Source: Thecamonas trahens ATCC 50062 (taxonomy: Eukaryota > Protista > Apusomonadida). From it: a DNA stretch of 64,000 nucleotides. A program made the translations under genes and the position numbers. The DNA is taken from NCBI RefSeq assembly GCF_000142905.1, contig NW_013657662.1, positions 434,001 through 498,000 on the forward strand, read 5' to 3'. Position 1 is the first letter of the stretch. Each line of letters begins with the position of its first letter. Below, in pieces: positions 10,455 to 21,950 of this stretch. Below the pieces are notes generated by a model that saw nothing but the letters and a program-made list of their open reading frames with translations, had not been told where the DNA came from and searched no databases.

Positions 10455-13400
10455 ATGTCCATGAGGCCTCGGACAGCGCCACTGCGGCATGGTGGGAATG
10501 GGAGCGGACAGCAAGGCAGAGGTGGACGAAGCGGGCAGAGTGGTGGAGGACGCAAGATTCATGGTTCTCGACGTGGTGGTGCAAGTGCTAGTCATGGACA
10601 CGAAAGCTCAGAGCATGGTCATGGGCATGGGCATGGTCATGGTCATGGGCATCATCATAGGCATGGTCGTCATCATAGGCATGGCCATCGTCATGATCAT
10701 GGTCACCAGCATCATCATCATCGTGGTCACAAACATGATTATGGTCACAGTCAGAGTCATGCTCGCACACATGGGGCTTTCACCTCGGATCGGCTGGCGA
10801 CGGCGCCGGGCCCGGACATGGCCGCCTCGTCACTCGCTGAAAACGATCCGCTGCGCTCGGTCCATTTGTCGGCCATCTCGCCACCGCTGGCCATGGACAG
10901 CATGGCCCTAGACGCCAGGCCGCAGCACATCCTCGTCGCCACAGATGATCAAGACTACTCGACTGCCCGCGATTCGCAGGCATCCGGCTCAGAGACCTCG
11001 GCGCTCGATTCGGACTCGAACGGGGCGGGGGCGACGTCGAGATGGGCCGCGCCAACCGCACTAGCTCGGAGCATCCCAGTGAGGGCGCGTCGAGCTACGA
11101 GGAGAGCGAGTCAGGCTGGGCCTTCCGCTGGGAGACTGTCCAGGCCAAGGCGCGGGCGGCCGTCGACCATGGCGCAGTCCTTGCGGTCCTTGTCATCGCC
11201 ACCCTCTACGTTCTGTTTGCCGACGACATTGTTCTCCTTGCCTTTTCAGCCGAAGCCGACGTCTACCACCTCTCGCTGGTCTTTGTCTGCTTTGTCCTCT
11301 TTGTGGTCGAGCTGGTAGCCTCTCTTGTCGCTCGCCCGCGCGAGTACCTTGCCTTCTTCTTCTGGTTCGACCTCATCACCATCATCTCCATGATCCCGGA
11401 CATCCTTCTCCTGTTCTCGTCGTCGGACACGACCGAGGATCCCGACACGTTCACCGCCCGCTTCTCAGTGCTCACTATTGCCCGCGCCGGCCGCCTGGCC
11501 CGTCTCGGCTCGCGCGCCGGTCGCCTCATGCGCATCATCCGCATCATGGTCCGCGTCCACTCTTCGCCCGAAACTGACAGCCTCCTCGCCGGACACGTCG
11601 AGTCTGGTGCCACCCTCGCCACCGGCAGCGACCTCCATCCGACTGCCCGAGCCGTCGCCTCGGACGTCCACCACTCATCGATTGTCGGCCGCAAGTACAC
11701 CGCGCTCCTCACCCGCGTCTTTGTCCTCATGGTCCTCGTCACCGTCTTTGCTTTTGTCATTCTCGAGACTGTCCGCACCCCGACTCCCGACGGCCGCCGC
11801 ATGTCGGAAAAGTACGGACTCGATCTCCTTGAGACTGCCGCTGGCAAGCCCGGCGCCTTGTCTCCGCCTGCCAACAGCTCTTCGTCACCCTTCCTCAGCC
11901 CCGAGCTCGCCTCGGACCTCAAGGTCTATCTAGGCTCGCACAGCGACGTCCGACGTGTCGTCCTCCTTGGCTCCACTGTCATCGTCTCGGCTTCGATTGA
12001 CAATTTGCGGGTGAGCGAGCGGACCACGCTGTACTCGGGCTCGTCGGCCTCACTAGTTGTGGTGAGCAACGTCGACCAGATTGAGCGCGACTCGATGCTC
12101 AACCTCATCCAGACCTTCATCATTCTTGTTGTCCTCTTTGGTGGCTCGCTCGTTCTCGTTCGCACCGCCCAGCGCATGCTCATCCGCCCGCTCGAAGACA
12201 TGTCGCTCATCGCGCTTGACCTTGTCTCTGCGTCGTCCATCCACGGCCCAGCCTCGCATCCCCAGGCAGCCTCGGCTCAGCGTAGAACCTCCATGACCCT
12301 TGTGAGCAAGTCCGGGCCTGGTCCGGACTCACCAGGCTCGGCCGCCTCCAAGACAGTCGCTTCGGAAAAGTCATCCATGTTTGGCACCGAAGTCGCCGAG
12401 ACCGCCGTCCTCGTCGACGTCCTCACCAGCCTGCGCGCGCTCATGCACTCGGGCTTTGGCACTCTCGGGTGGGAAGTCCTCAACCGCCACCTACTGCCAA
12501 CCCACGAGCTCGACTTTGCCCGCTCCGGTGAACTCCGCCACTCGGCGCTGGCCGTCATCGACGTCTCACCCTTTGTCTCGCCCGTAGTGGTCCTAAAGGG
12601 TGCCGTCGCGCCCATGCTCAACGCCGCCGTCGGTCTCACCCACAACGTCGTCGTCACCAACGGTGGCCTCCTCGCCAAGATGGCCGGCGACTCGGTCATC
12701 TCGCTCTGGCCCTGTGACACCGTCGGGAGCCGCAACGCTGCAGAGGCCGCCGCCCGCGACGCTGCAGACACCGCCCTCAATGCCTCGCTTCGTATCCTCT
12801 CCGAGCTTGCACGGTCGTCGCCGCTCGTCGAGCTCCGCAACCTGGCAGGCATTCCGCCGCCGTCGGCCAATACCACCCTCGGCCGCCTCTCCTCCACGGC
12901 AGGCATGCTCGCTGCCGTCGCCCTTCATCTCGGCTGGACCGTCGAGGCCGCCATCGGCTCCGATGCTCTCGTTGAACCGCTTCTTCTTGGCCCGCACGCC
13001 GACCTCTCGCTCTACCTCCGCAAGCTTGCGCGCTTCTACAACGTGCCCATTGTCATGTCCGCCACCTTTGTTGCCTGCCTCTCGCCCGTCCTCCGCGAGC
13101 GTGCACGCCGCATCGACCGGATCCTGCTCTCGACCACCCACAAGGCCCTCGACATCTACACCATGGACGTCCTCACCCCGCTCTCCGAGCAGGAGATGGA
13201 CCTTCTGCGCTCGCGCTCGCCGCTGGCCTCGTCGGCCGTATCCTCCGCCCTTGGCCATGATCCGCGTGACGCCTCGCTCTACGCCACCGCGCTCGAGGCC
13301 TACATCGAAGGCCGCTGGCGCGAGGCCAAAATCCTCTTCTCCGAGTATGCCGATGCCTATCCCGACGACGGGCCAGCCGCCAACATCATCGACTTTATCG

Positions 13401-13468
13401 ACGAGGTCGCCGACGAGCTCGGCGGCGCCCCGCTACAGTGGCGTGGTGCCCGACTCATCGTCCTCTAG
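10455..13468 (+). CDS. Voltage-sensor-like 6-TM / class III cyclase / TPR fusion (Paramecium-Plasmodium ACalpha type), catalytically degenerate; His-rich N-terminus joined across a frameshift at ~11027-11031
   Basis: ATLYVLFADD, FFFWFDLITIISM, S4-like RAGRLARLGSRAGRLMRIIR, ET..LMHSGFG, AKMAGDSVISLW, LHLGWTVEAAIGS, RRIDRI, TPR-like YIEGRWREAK..PDDGPA..APLQWRG. One extra G gives NGAGGDVEMGRANR linking to ATG 10455. Confidence 0.8.
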
Positions 13469-13504
13469 CCGTGTGGTCCTGGGAGTGCAGGTAAAGATGC
13501 GTGT

Positions 13505-16500
13505 TTATGCCTTGGCCCGCTTTGCTGCCCGTCGCGCCTTGGCCCGCGCCAGCTGCGCCGACACAAACTGACGCTGCTTGTCGAGCTCGGTCGCCACCGC
13601 AGACTTGACCCGTCCTCGATGGTCGAGACAGCGAGCACTGTGGCGTTCGCTTCCGATGCTGCAGGCCGTGACGAGGCCGGCGCAGCTGCTGTGGCTGTTC
13701 GTGGCGCTGCGTCATTTGCCCGCGAGCCCTGCGACTTGATCTCGCTACTTGCGCCCGCGCTTCCAGCTCCACCAGCCTTGCGCGCCGCCTTGCGCTTCCG
13801 CGCCGCGGCCAGCGCGAGCGCCATCCGCTTGCGCTGCTTGTCAAGCTCGGACGAGACGGCAGTCGTGAGTGTGGTTTCAGCAGAGAAGACCGACTCACCC
13901 ATGCCGGCCTTGAGCTTGGAGCTCTTGTCCCGCTTCTTGAGCGTCTCCAGCCGCTCGACCAGCTTCTTGTTCTTGCCCTTGACATCGGAGAGCTTGACCG
14001 ATACGGCCTTGAGCTTCTTGCGCGAGAGCTTGAGCTCCTTCTTCAGCCGGCTCGCCTCCTCGTTGCCTCCCGGTGACGATGCGAGGTCCGCAACCGAAAG
14101 CGAGCCTCGCCGCCCACCGCAAGGCGTCGACGGCCGCGATGAGACCGGCGTGAGCATGACCGACGATGGGATGGAGAGCGAGTCGCTGGCGCCAAAGTCG
14201 GCAGCCGAAGCTGATGCCCGCAAATCCGCCACCGAGCCGCGACGGCGGGCCACTGCTGCCGCCTCACGCTTGGCCACCTTGGCCGCCTTCTTCTTGGCCA
14301 TGATGGCCTTCATCATCAGCCGCTGCTTGTCCAACTCGGCACCGACCGCGCCGCGAACAGAGTCCTCGGTCTTTTGCACGTTAAGGTGATCAAAGGCAGA
14401 CCGTTCGCCACTGCCCACCGACCCGTTGGAACTCTTCGTGCTCCGCGAAGCCGCGCCTGAGGTCCCGGACTGCTTCTCGCGGCCAGTGGCGGCAGCACTT
14501 TCCGAGCCAGCGACCGTCGACCGCGACCGGTTTGCGGCCTTGCGCGCCTTGGCTGCTTTGAGCATCGCCAGCGTCCGCTCGCGTTGCTTGTCCATCTCAG
14601 AGCCAACAGCTGCTACAAGACTCGCTTCCATAGAGAACGTGTCGCCCATGCCGTCCTTGACCTTTTCGGTCTTGCGCGCCTTCTTGACCGACGTCAGCTT
14701 GCTCGCCAGTGCCTTGTTCTTCTTCTTGACAGAGACCAGCTTCTTTTGCAGCGCCGAAATCATTGCTTTGTCCTTTGCCCCCGCCCGCGGCGTCTCTGTC
14801 TCAGAGCTGGTGTTCAAGCCGGAGCCGCCTGCTCCGCCCGCTGCCTCCCGCGGCGGCGTCCGTGGCGTCCGCGGAATCTCTCCGGCCTTGATTTTGGCCT
14901 TGCGCGCCTTGAGCGCTGCGATGCGGGCAGCCATCATCTGCCGCTGCTTCTCCAGCTCGGTCCCCACTGCGCCGCACACCGGGTCTTCGACCGACGAGAC
15001 CGACATCGGCATCTTTGGCTTTGGCTTTGGCTTGGCCTGGGCCTGGGCCTGGCGTGCCGCAGGCGCGGGCTCGGATGGGCTGGACGCAGCCGGAGCGTCG
15101 GGTGTATCCTCAGGTGCCAGCTCGTGGTCGGGACTGCCACCGGCGGTAGCACGGGTGCGGGCTTCGGCTTTGCGCGCCTTGGCAGCCTGCATTCGCCGAC
15201 GGACTTGCTCGCGCTGCTTGTCGAGTTCGGACGAGATGGCGCCGATAAGGCTTGTCTCGAGCGCATGGATGTTGTGAACGTCGGCCGGCGACATTGACGG
15301 CGCGTGCGATGGACCCGCGTTAGCGGGAGCTGACGACGGCGACGACTGCGCGGTGACCAGGCTAGCCTCGGCCGCCTTGCGCTTGGTCTTCTCCTTCAGC
15401 AGCCTCCCGACCGCATCCTCAAGCTGGCCCTTGAGCTCAGCCACCTTGGCCTTGTAAACCTTGCCCTTGGCCTTGGACGCAATGAGAGCGTCCTTAAACG
15501 CCATGCACTGACGCAGCTCGTCCTTGAGCGCCGAGTTGGTCGACTTGAGCTTGAGCGCCTTGGCGGTGATGGCCTCGCTCTTTTCGCGCTCCGCCACCAG
15601 CGCCTCCTTGTACGCCGCAGCCTTCTTCTTGGCCGACTCAAGCTTGTGGACCGCAGCACCACGCAGCTCGTCCATCGACTCGCCGGACGCCTCCAGCGAC
15701 GACATCAGCTTGGCGAGCTCGGCATTGAGGTCGTCCCGCTCCGAAGTCAGCGCAATCGACAGCTCCTTGAGTGCTTTCCGCTTAGTCCGCTCATTCTCAA
15801 ACTTGGTTCGCACAAGCGTCAGAGCCTCGACATGCTCCGCAAGCGAAGCCTTGGTTTCTCCAAGCTCGGCCTCGCGAGCCTTGGCCTCGTCTGCCGCCGC
15901 GGCAAGCTTTGCCTCAAGCTCCGCCTGCCGAGCGGCCGCGCTTGCGGTGAGCTCGGCCTCGCGGGCTGCCGCCGTCTCGGCCGCCGCAGTCAGCTCGGCC
16001 GCCCGCGCCTCCGCCTCGGCCGTGACCGCCGCGAGTTGCGCTTCGAGCTGGGCCTCGTGCGCCGCCGAGTTGGCTGCCGTAGCTGCCAGCTCGGCCTCGT
16101 GGCTGCTGGCGTGCTCGACAGCTGACGCCACGGCGGCAAGCTCGGATGCGTGGGCCTCAGCCTGCGCCTTGGCCTGTGCTTCCGCTTCGGCCTTGGCCGC
16201 AGCGAGCTCGGACGCATGGGCGGCGTCGCGAGCAGTGGCCTCTTTCTCACGGTCAAGCTGCTCGCGGCGAGCAGCCTCCAACTCGGCAACATGAGCCGCG
16301 GCCTGGGCCGCAAGCTTGGCCTCAAACTCGGCCGCTTGCGCCGCAAGCGCTGCGTGGAGCAAGTCTAGCTCGTCAAACGGCCCAGTCTGGGTGGCGACGG
16401 TACAGGTCGGCGGCGGCGAAGGCGGGTGTGGCGGCGGGGCCTGCGCTGCCGACTCGAGCTGGCGCGCCAGGTCGGCGGCCTGAGCGGCAGCCGCGGCCTC

Positions 16501-17658
16501 AGCGGCCTCAGCAGCCTCCCTCGCGGATGTCTGCGCCTTCAACAGCTCGTCGAGATGGCTCGACTTGGTGCTGAGCTTGGAAATGGTATCGTTGGCTGCG
16601 GCAAGCTCGGCCTGAACCGTCGACAGCTCGGCAGCCTGCTCGGTAACAGAGACTTTGAGCGAGGCAACCGAGTCAGCGGTGTTCTTCAGCTTGCTCTGGG
16701 CTTCCTGCAGCGCCCGAGTCGAGGCCTCGGCCTTGGCTGATGCCTTGGACGACGAGACCTGATATGTGCGAAAGTACGAGAGATACGTCATGATCGAGTA
16801 CTTGTCAGGCATGGCGGTGACAGCTTCGGCCACAAGCAGACGAGGGATATCAAAGCTAGACTCAGCGACTGCAAAGGCGAGCTCGAGCCGGGCGGCCGGC
16901 TCGGCCGGCACGTCGGCAAAGGTCAACGCCGATGGTTCCAACACCTCGCAGAGGGCGCAAAAAACCTTGCCGTCAGAAAACGAGCTCGTCAGATTGGTCA
17001 CGCTCAGCGCGTAGTCCTTGACGGTCGCCTTGACCCACTCGAGCAGGTCCGACGCCACTGACGCCGACGAGACCTTGGCAGCCGAGTTGCGCCGAGGGCG
17101 CGGCGACGGCGTGCCCAGCCGATCTGGCGTGCGGCTTCGGCCGGCCGGCGAGTCGATGCGCGGACTCGCCCCGCCAGCGGCAGCACCTGCATCGCCGGAG
17201 CCGAGCTGGCCAGAGCCGTCGCCTTCAAGACGCGAAACGTCCCCTGCGTCGACAGACTCGTCAAACTCGTAGTCGTCGTCGTCGTCGACCAGCTCTAAAT
17301 GGACCGAGTTGATCTGGAAGGAGCAAATGAGAGACCAGACAAAGCCAAGGATCATCTTGATGTCCCCATCGATAAAGTTTGCCGGACGAGCAGTGACATT
17401 GACGCCAAAGGATGCGGTGTGCGCGAGAGCGAGTGAGAGATTATCAACGATTTGAACTCGCATTCTTGGCTTCTTTGAGTACTTGCCATCATTGACCTTT
17501 GAGTCTGAGAGGACTTCAATGAGCTTGATGAGGGTAATGCCATCACCTAGTTTGCTCAAAGACTCCAGTTGTATGTCCAGTCCAGCAAGTCGCGAGTTGA
17601 TCCAAGCCGTGAAAGTGGCTGCCTGCAGACGCTCATACTGAACAGCCATGTCCGACAT
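13505..17658 (-). CDS. Tandem CH-domain (actinin/filamin-type actin-binding) protein with long coiled coil and six basic C-terminal repeats; frameshift near 13610
   Basis: CH1 LQAATFTAWIN..LGDGITLIKLIEVLS..IDGDIKMILGFVWSLI; CH2 LLEWVK..NLTSSFSDGKVFCAL..AFAVAESSFDIPRLL..PDKYSIMTYLS. One extra G at ~13610 restores a sixth repeat (IEDGVKSAVATELDKQRQ..KRAKA*), stop at 13505-13507. Confidence 0.8.
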
Positions 17659-18144
17659 GACGCCTTCCTTCACCACCCCCTTTCCCTTGCTACTCTGTTT
17701 CGTCAATCTTTCTCTCTCTCCTCCACTCTCTCTCTCTCTCTCTCCTCTCTTGCACGAGATGGGTGATGCCGCTAGCCTTGCTTGTGACCGTCCCACTCTC
17801 TCTCCCTCCTGACTGTCAGACCGCACACAGCTCCCGCTCCCGCTTGGTTTTTCCCCCGTCTTTCAACTCATATTTTTTCTCGGCTACCCTCTCGTTTTTT
17901 TCACCGCAGATTTAGCCGCACCCTGACGGCAGGTTGTGTTGATGGTGATGAGGGTGAGGGGTGAAAATGCTGCTGCAAGTAGTGCATGTGATCATCATCG
18001 GACAGGTTGGCGAGTGAAGTGCCGGAGGATGAGGGGGGGGGAATGAGTGAGTGTTACAGAAATGAGATGATGTGTGTGACGTAGACAGGCACAGGGAGGC
18101 GGAGCACGAGGATACCATGCGGTCGATCCGGCCAACGACGCAGT

Positions 18145-19809
18145 CTAGACCGACGGTGGCGGCTTTCCGCAGAACGGCGGGATATGGGCGTCAAGGAGGG
18201 CGGTGTGCGAGAGGACAAAGCGAGGGACAAAGCCGTTCGAGGCGTAGACGAGCTGAGAGCTGGCGCGGAGGGTGGAGAACGGGGTATCGAGCCAGGCGCC
18301 CACGACCGGCGGTGCGGTCGACGCAGACATGTCGATGGGCTCCGAGTACATGAGGATGATGCCCTGCGGGCCGTCCTGGTGGTCCGCATCGCGGATGCCA
18401 GAAGCCACAATGGTGTTCGTCCGCGGCAGGAGACGGACAGTAGTCAAGGCAAAGATGGACAGCTCGCCAGGAGCAGTGGTGTAGACCCGCGACCAAGCAC
18501 GCTGCGAGACGTCGAGGAAGGCAAAGGCCCGGGCGCCGTCGCTCGCCAGCCACAAGGCCATGATTCCGATGACCTCGTCCGAGACATCACTACGGACCGG
18601 AATGATGTCGGCGGAGAGGTAGGGGACCCCGTCTGGGAGGGCCGGGAGCGGCACCAGATCGTCGCCGATGGCAAGCGTAGCGTACTCGCCATTGATATGG
18701 GCGGCGCCGGTGAGAAGGAAGCCGTTCAAGGTGCCCGGAAGAGGCAGGGCGGTAAGATCACCACCACCATACTCCTGGATGCAGTACTCGGCGTAGGCGA
18801 CGGGCGGCGTGACAAACGAGCAGCAGGCCCCGGTCGGCGCCTTGAACGACGAGTTATGCATGAGCGCGTTGCAATCGCCGTTGTCGACCGGGGAAAGCGG
18901 AAGATCCTTGCCCGAGAAGTTTTGGCAGCCAAAGGTGCTGCCGGTCACATTGGCTTCGCCCTTGGGCACGAGGCCCTGCCACTGCGAGCCGGCTGCAGAG
19001 AACTTGACGGCGGCGGCAAAGGGGAGAAAGCCAGCATCTTCCAAATTGCCGACACCTGGCACAAGGCGCGCGTTGCCTGAGTAAACAAGAGTGCGCGAGT
19101 GGCCGCCGGCAGCCCAAGCGAGTGAAGACATCGTCAGCCGCATCGGTTGCGACTCGTTCTTTCCGAGCGTGCAAAAGCCGGAGATGTAGTCAATGATGCC
19201 GCCACACGAGAGACCCGAGTCGGCAGCCGCCATGGGCCAGTACTTGCCATCCATCCACACGGCAGCGCTGACGGCAACCTCGACGCCGTCAACCTCAGAA
19301 AAGTATCCCGTGACAGCAAAGGCAGCACGATCAGCAGTAAGCGTCAGCGTCGACGCGCCGTTCCTCGGAGTGTATCCAGGAGTGCCAAGAACAATCCACT
19401 TTCCACGAGCAGCATCCCACACGCCCGCACCTGCGATCAACTCGTTCGTCGAGGTGTTGCCAATGTAGCCTGCGACGAGAAGCGATGGATCCGAGACGAC
19501 CAACCCGTCCAGATCGCCCGAATGAACAGGGATGAGATCAAAGACTTCGTTGCCCACTGGAGTACCATCACAATCAATAAAGGGAAAGCCTCCACCAATG
19601 GTGGACCATCGAGATGTCTCCAGATCAAAGCCAATCAGACCGCCAAACGCCCCGGGCACCACGCCAGTCGAGTCATTGGCCAGAAAGGCAAAGTCGCCAG
19701 CCACAGCAAAGGTGGTGTACTCGGACAGGGGACTGGCTTCAGCAGCTGCTACAGCAGACGTGAGCACCAATGTGAGCGTCACAATAACCACAAGGAAAGA
19801 TAGCGACAT
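18145..19809 (-). CDS. Secreted protein, probable beta-propeller (Rax2/kelch-like repeats)
   Basis: Signal peptide MSLSFLVVIVTLTLVLTSAVAAAEA; repeats VAGDF/VAGYI/VTGYF with W-x-x-(I/L)-G ends (WSTIGGG, WIVLG, WPMA). Confidence 0.55.
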   Translation of the reverse strand: MSLSFLVVIVTLTLVLTSAVAAAEASPLSEYTTFAVAGDFAFLANDSTGVVPGAFGGLIGFDLETSRWSTIGGGFPFIDCDGTPVGNEVFDLIPVHSGDLDGLVVSDPSLLVAGYIGNTSTNELIAGAGVWDAARGKWIVLGTPGYTPRNGASTLTLTADRAAFAVTGYFSEVDGVEVAVSAAVWMDGKYWPMAAADSGLSCGGIIDYISGFCTLGKNESQPMRLTMSSLAWAAGGHSRTLVYSGNARLVPGVGNLEDAGFLPFAAAVKFSAAGSQWQGLVPKGEANVTGSTFGCQNFSGKDLPLSPVDNGDCNALMHNSSFKAPTGACCSFVTPPVAYAEYCIQEYGGGDLTALPLPGTLNGFLLTGAAHINGEYATLAIGDDLVPLPALPDGVPYLSADIIPVRSDVSDEVIGIMALWLASDGARAFAFLDVSQRAWSRVYTTAPGELSIFALTTVRLLPRTNTIVASGIRDADHQDGPQGIILMYSEPIDMSASTAPPVVGAWLDTPFSTLRASSQLVYASNGFVPRFVLSHTALLDAHIPPFCGKPPPSV

Positions 19810-20568
19810 GTCCACGAGGTCGGGCGTGCGCGGGAGATTTGCACGTGCGCGCGACAAAGTTGGAGTCAGCTGTGTCCTCCGTCACTTGCCACGATTGCTA
19901 CGAGCCGCTGGCACCGTACAAAGCCAAGTCCTCCGACGGCGTCTGCACAGATGTTCCGGAGGAGCGGGAACTCACCCATCCATCCTTTGATGGTGATCTA
20001 CGACGACGATTCTTACTTGAGGCTTACGACGATCGCTCGTGTGCACGGGATCACCGTGCCGATAGGCACGATGTGCTGGCACAAAGGGTCAGGCAGTCGA
20101 GCCAGTCGAGCGACGGCTTGGTTGGCAGCCGAGAGTATGACCATACCACACGCAAGACTGTACCCTTCAGCCTTGATCCCATTCGATTTCAACCACATAT
20201 CCCCCCCTCCAACCCGATTGCTTCTGACACCGCCAAGGTGAGCGAGATCAGCCCCTCCCACACCTGCGACCTACCGCTACCTCTCAGCCAGAACAAGATC
20301 CACTACCCCGACCAGCCCTATACCGCCACCCCTTCCCCCTTCCCCGCTCCCCTAACGCTTTCGATTGTACGAAATCAAGATCGATTGGACTGTTCATCCA
20401 CGCAAACGGGAGAGCCAGCAACCCAATGGTCGAGTGGCGAGAGAGTGGCTGGCGTCACCACCGGAGGTGAGGACAGGAGGGGGACGGGGGGGGGGGGGGG
20501 GGGGGGGGAGTGAGAAAGGTAACACTTCACTCGCGCAAGTAGGAGGAAGTGTACAGGTAGTGTACAAG

Positions 20569-21543
20569 ATGGAGAAGTTGCTTGGAGAACAAGTTGCTCA
20601 TGTGCTGGGAGTGGAGGGCGTTTTGGTGGAGCCGACGCAGGTGGCGCTGAATGGTGATGGCTTTGAAGCTGCTGGCTTGTTGGATGCTACGACATTTGTG
20701 TGGAAGGTGGGTACCACACCACTTGCTCATCCGTTCTACATTGTCATCACTTGGATCATATATCTCTCGCTTGTCTTTGGTCTCAAGGCTGTTGTTGGCT
20801 CGCGATGGCCCACAAAGTACATCTCGGCAATCCACAACCTCGGTCTCTGCTTGGCATCGGCTGCCATGCTCGCCTCTATCATCGTGTGGATGGCTGTGCA
20901 GGTGAGCGCTGGCCACTGGCAGCGGATCTTCTGCTGGCGGAGCATGCCTGGGGCTCCTGGTGGGCATGACGACCCAGCGGCGACCGAGATGATCACCGAC
21001 TCGGTTCTCGTCTACACCGTCACCATGTACTACTACTCCAAGTGGTGGGAGCTCCTCGATACGGTCCTCCTCGCTGTCACTCTCAAGCCGCTCATCTTCC
21101 TCCACGTCTACCATCACTGCGTGGTCATCGCCATGGTCTGGATGTGGCTGCAGGGCGGGTCTGTCCTCGCCTTTGGCCTTGGTGCAGGCTTCAACACCCT
21201 CGTCCACGTCTTTATGTACTACTACTACATGCAGCGCTCGCTCGGCAATAAGGTCTGGTTCAAGAAGCACATCACCAAGCTGCAGATCATCCAGTTTGTC
21301 TCGTCTTTCCTCCTTGCCATCCCCTACCTCGGCCTCACTTTCGGCTACATCCCGCTCAACAAGCGCTCCTTCCCAAGCGCCTCGCCCGGCGACATGCCGC
21401 TCCTCGGCTCACCAGTCGGCCACCAGTGCTCCGGCTGGTACTCGTTTGTCTTCTCCTCCTTCATCAACGCCTCGTTCCTCTACCTCTTTGTCGCCTTCTT
21501 CCGCTCAACCTACAACCGTCGCAAGAAGGACAAGCAGGCGTAA
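20569..21543 (+). CDS. GNS1/SUR4 (ELO) fatty-acid elongase
   Basis: YYSKWWELLDT, LIFLHVYHH, NTLVHVFMYYYY, ITKLQIIQF, LFVAFFRSTY, Lys-rich C-terminus. Confidence 0.95.
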   Translation: MEKLLGEQVAHVLGVEGVLVEPTQVALNGDGFEAAGLLDATTFVWKVGTTPLAHPFYIVITWIIYLSLVFGLKAVVGSRWPTKYISAIHNLGLCLASAAMLASIIVWMAVQVSAGHWQRIFCWRSMPGAPGGHDDPAATEMITDSVLVYTVTMYYYSKWWELLDTVLLAVTLKPLIFLHVYHHCVVIAMVWMWLQGGSVLAFGLGAGFNTLVHVFMYYYYMQRSLGNKVWFKKHITKLQIIQFVSSFLLAIPYLGLTFGYIPLNKRSFPSASPGDMPLLGSPVGHQCSGWYSFVFSSFINASFLYLFVAFFRSTYNRRKKDKQA

Positions 21544-21950
21544 CTTTATCTGATCGCCAAGTACTCGTATCTCCGTCCGCATGCGGTACCTGGCGAGTGA
21601 TGGCACCAGCGAGGAGCTTGGGCCACCCATCGAGTCTGACGCCTCCCCTCGCTCGCGGTCGCATCCATGTCTTCGTCGACATCGGTAAGCCATAAAGTTG
21701 CTGACTACTACCCATCGCTAGAGATGTTAGAGCCCCTCTTCCTTCCTTCTTCTTCAGCCTGCCACGGCTATCACTTGCCCTCACTCCAATTCTGGCACCG
21801 CCTTGCCCCGTACCACCATGGTTGCACGCCGTCGCTCACCATCGGTCCGCGTCAACTCGCTCAACTCGCTCCCTCGCCCACCACGCACACCTCGCTCACC
21901 TCGCTCACCTCACTCACCTCACTCACAACCCACCCACATAGCCTAGAACC

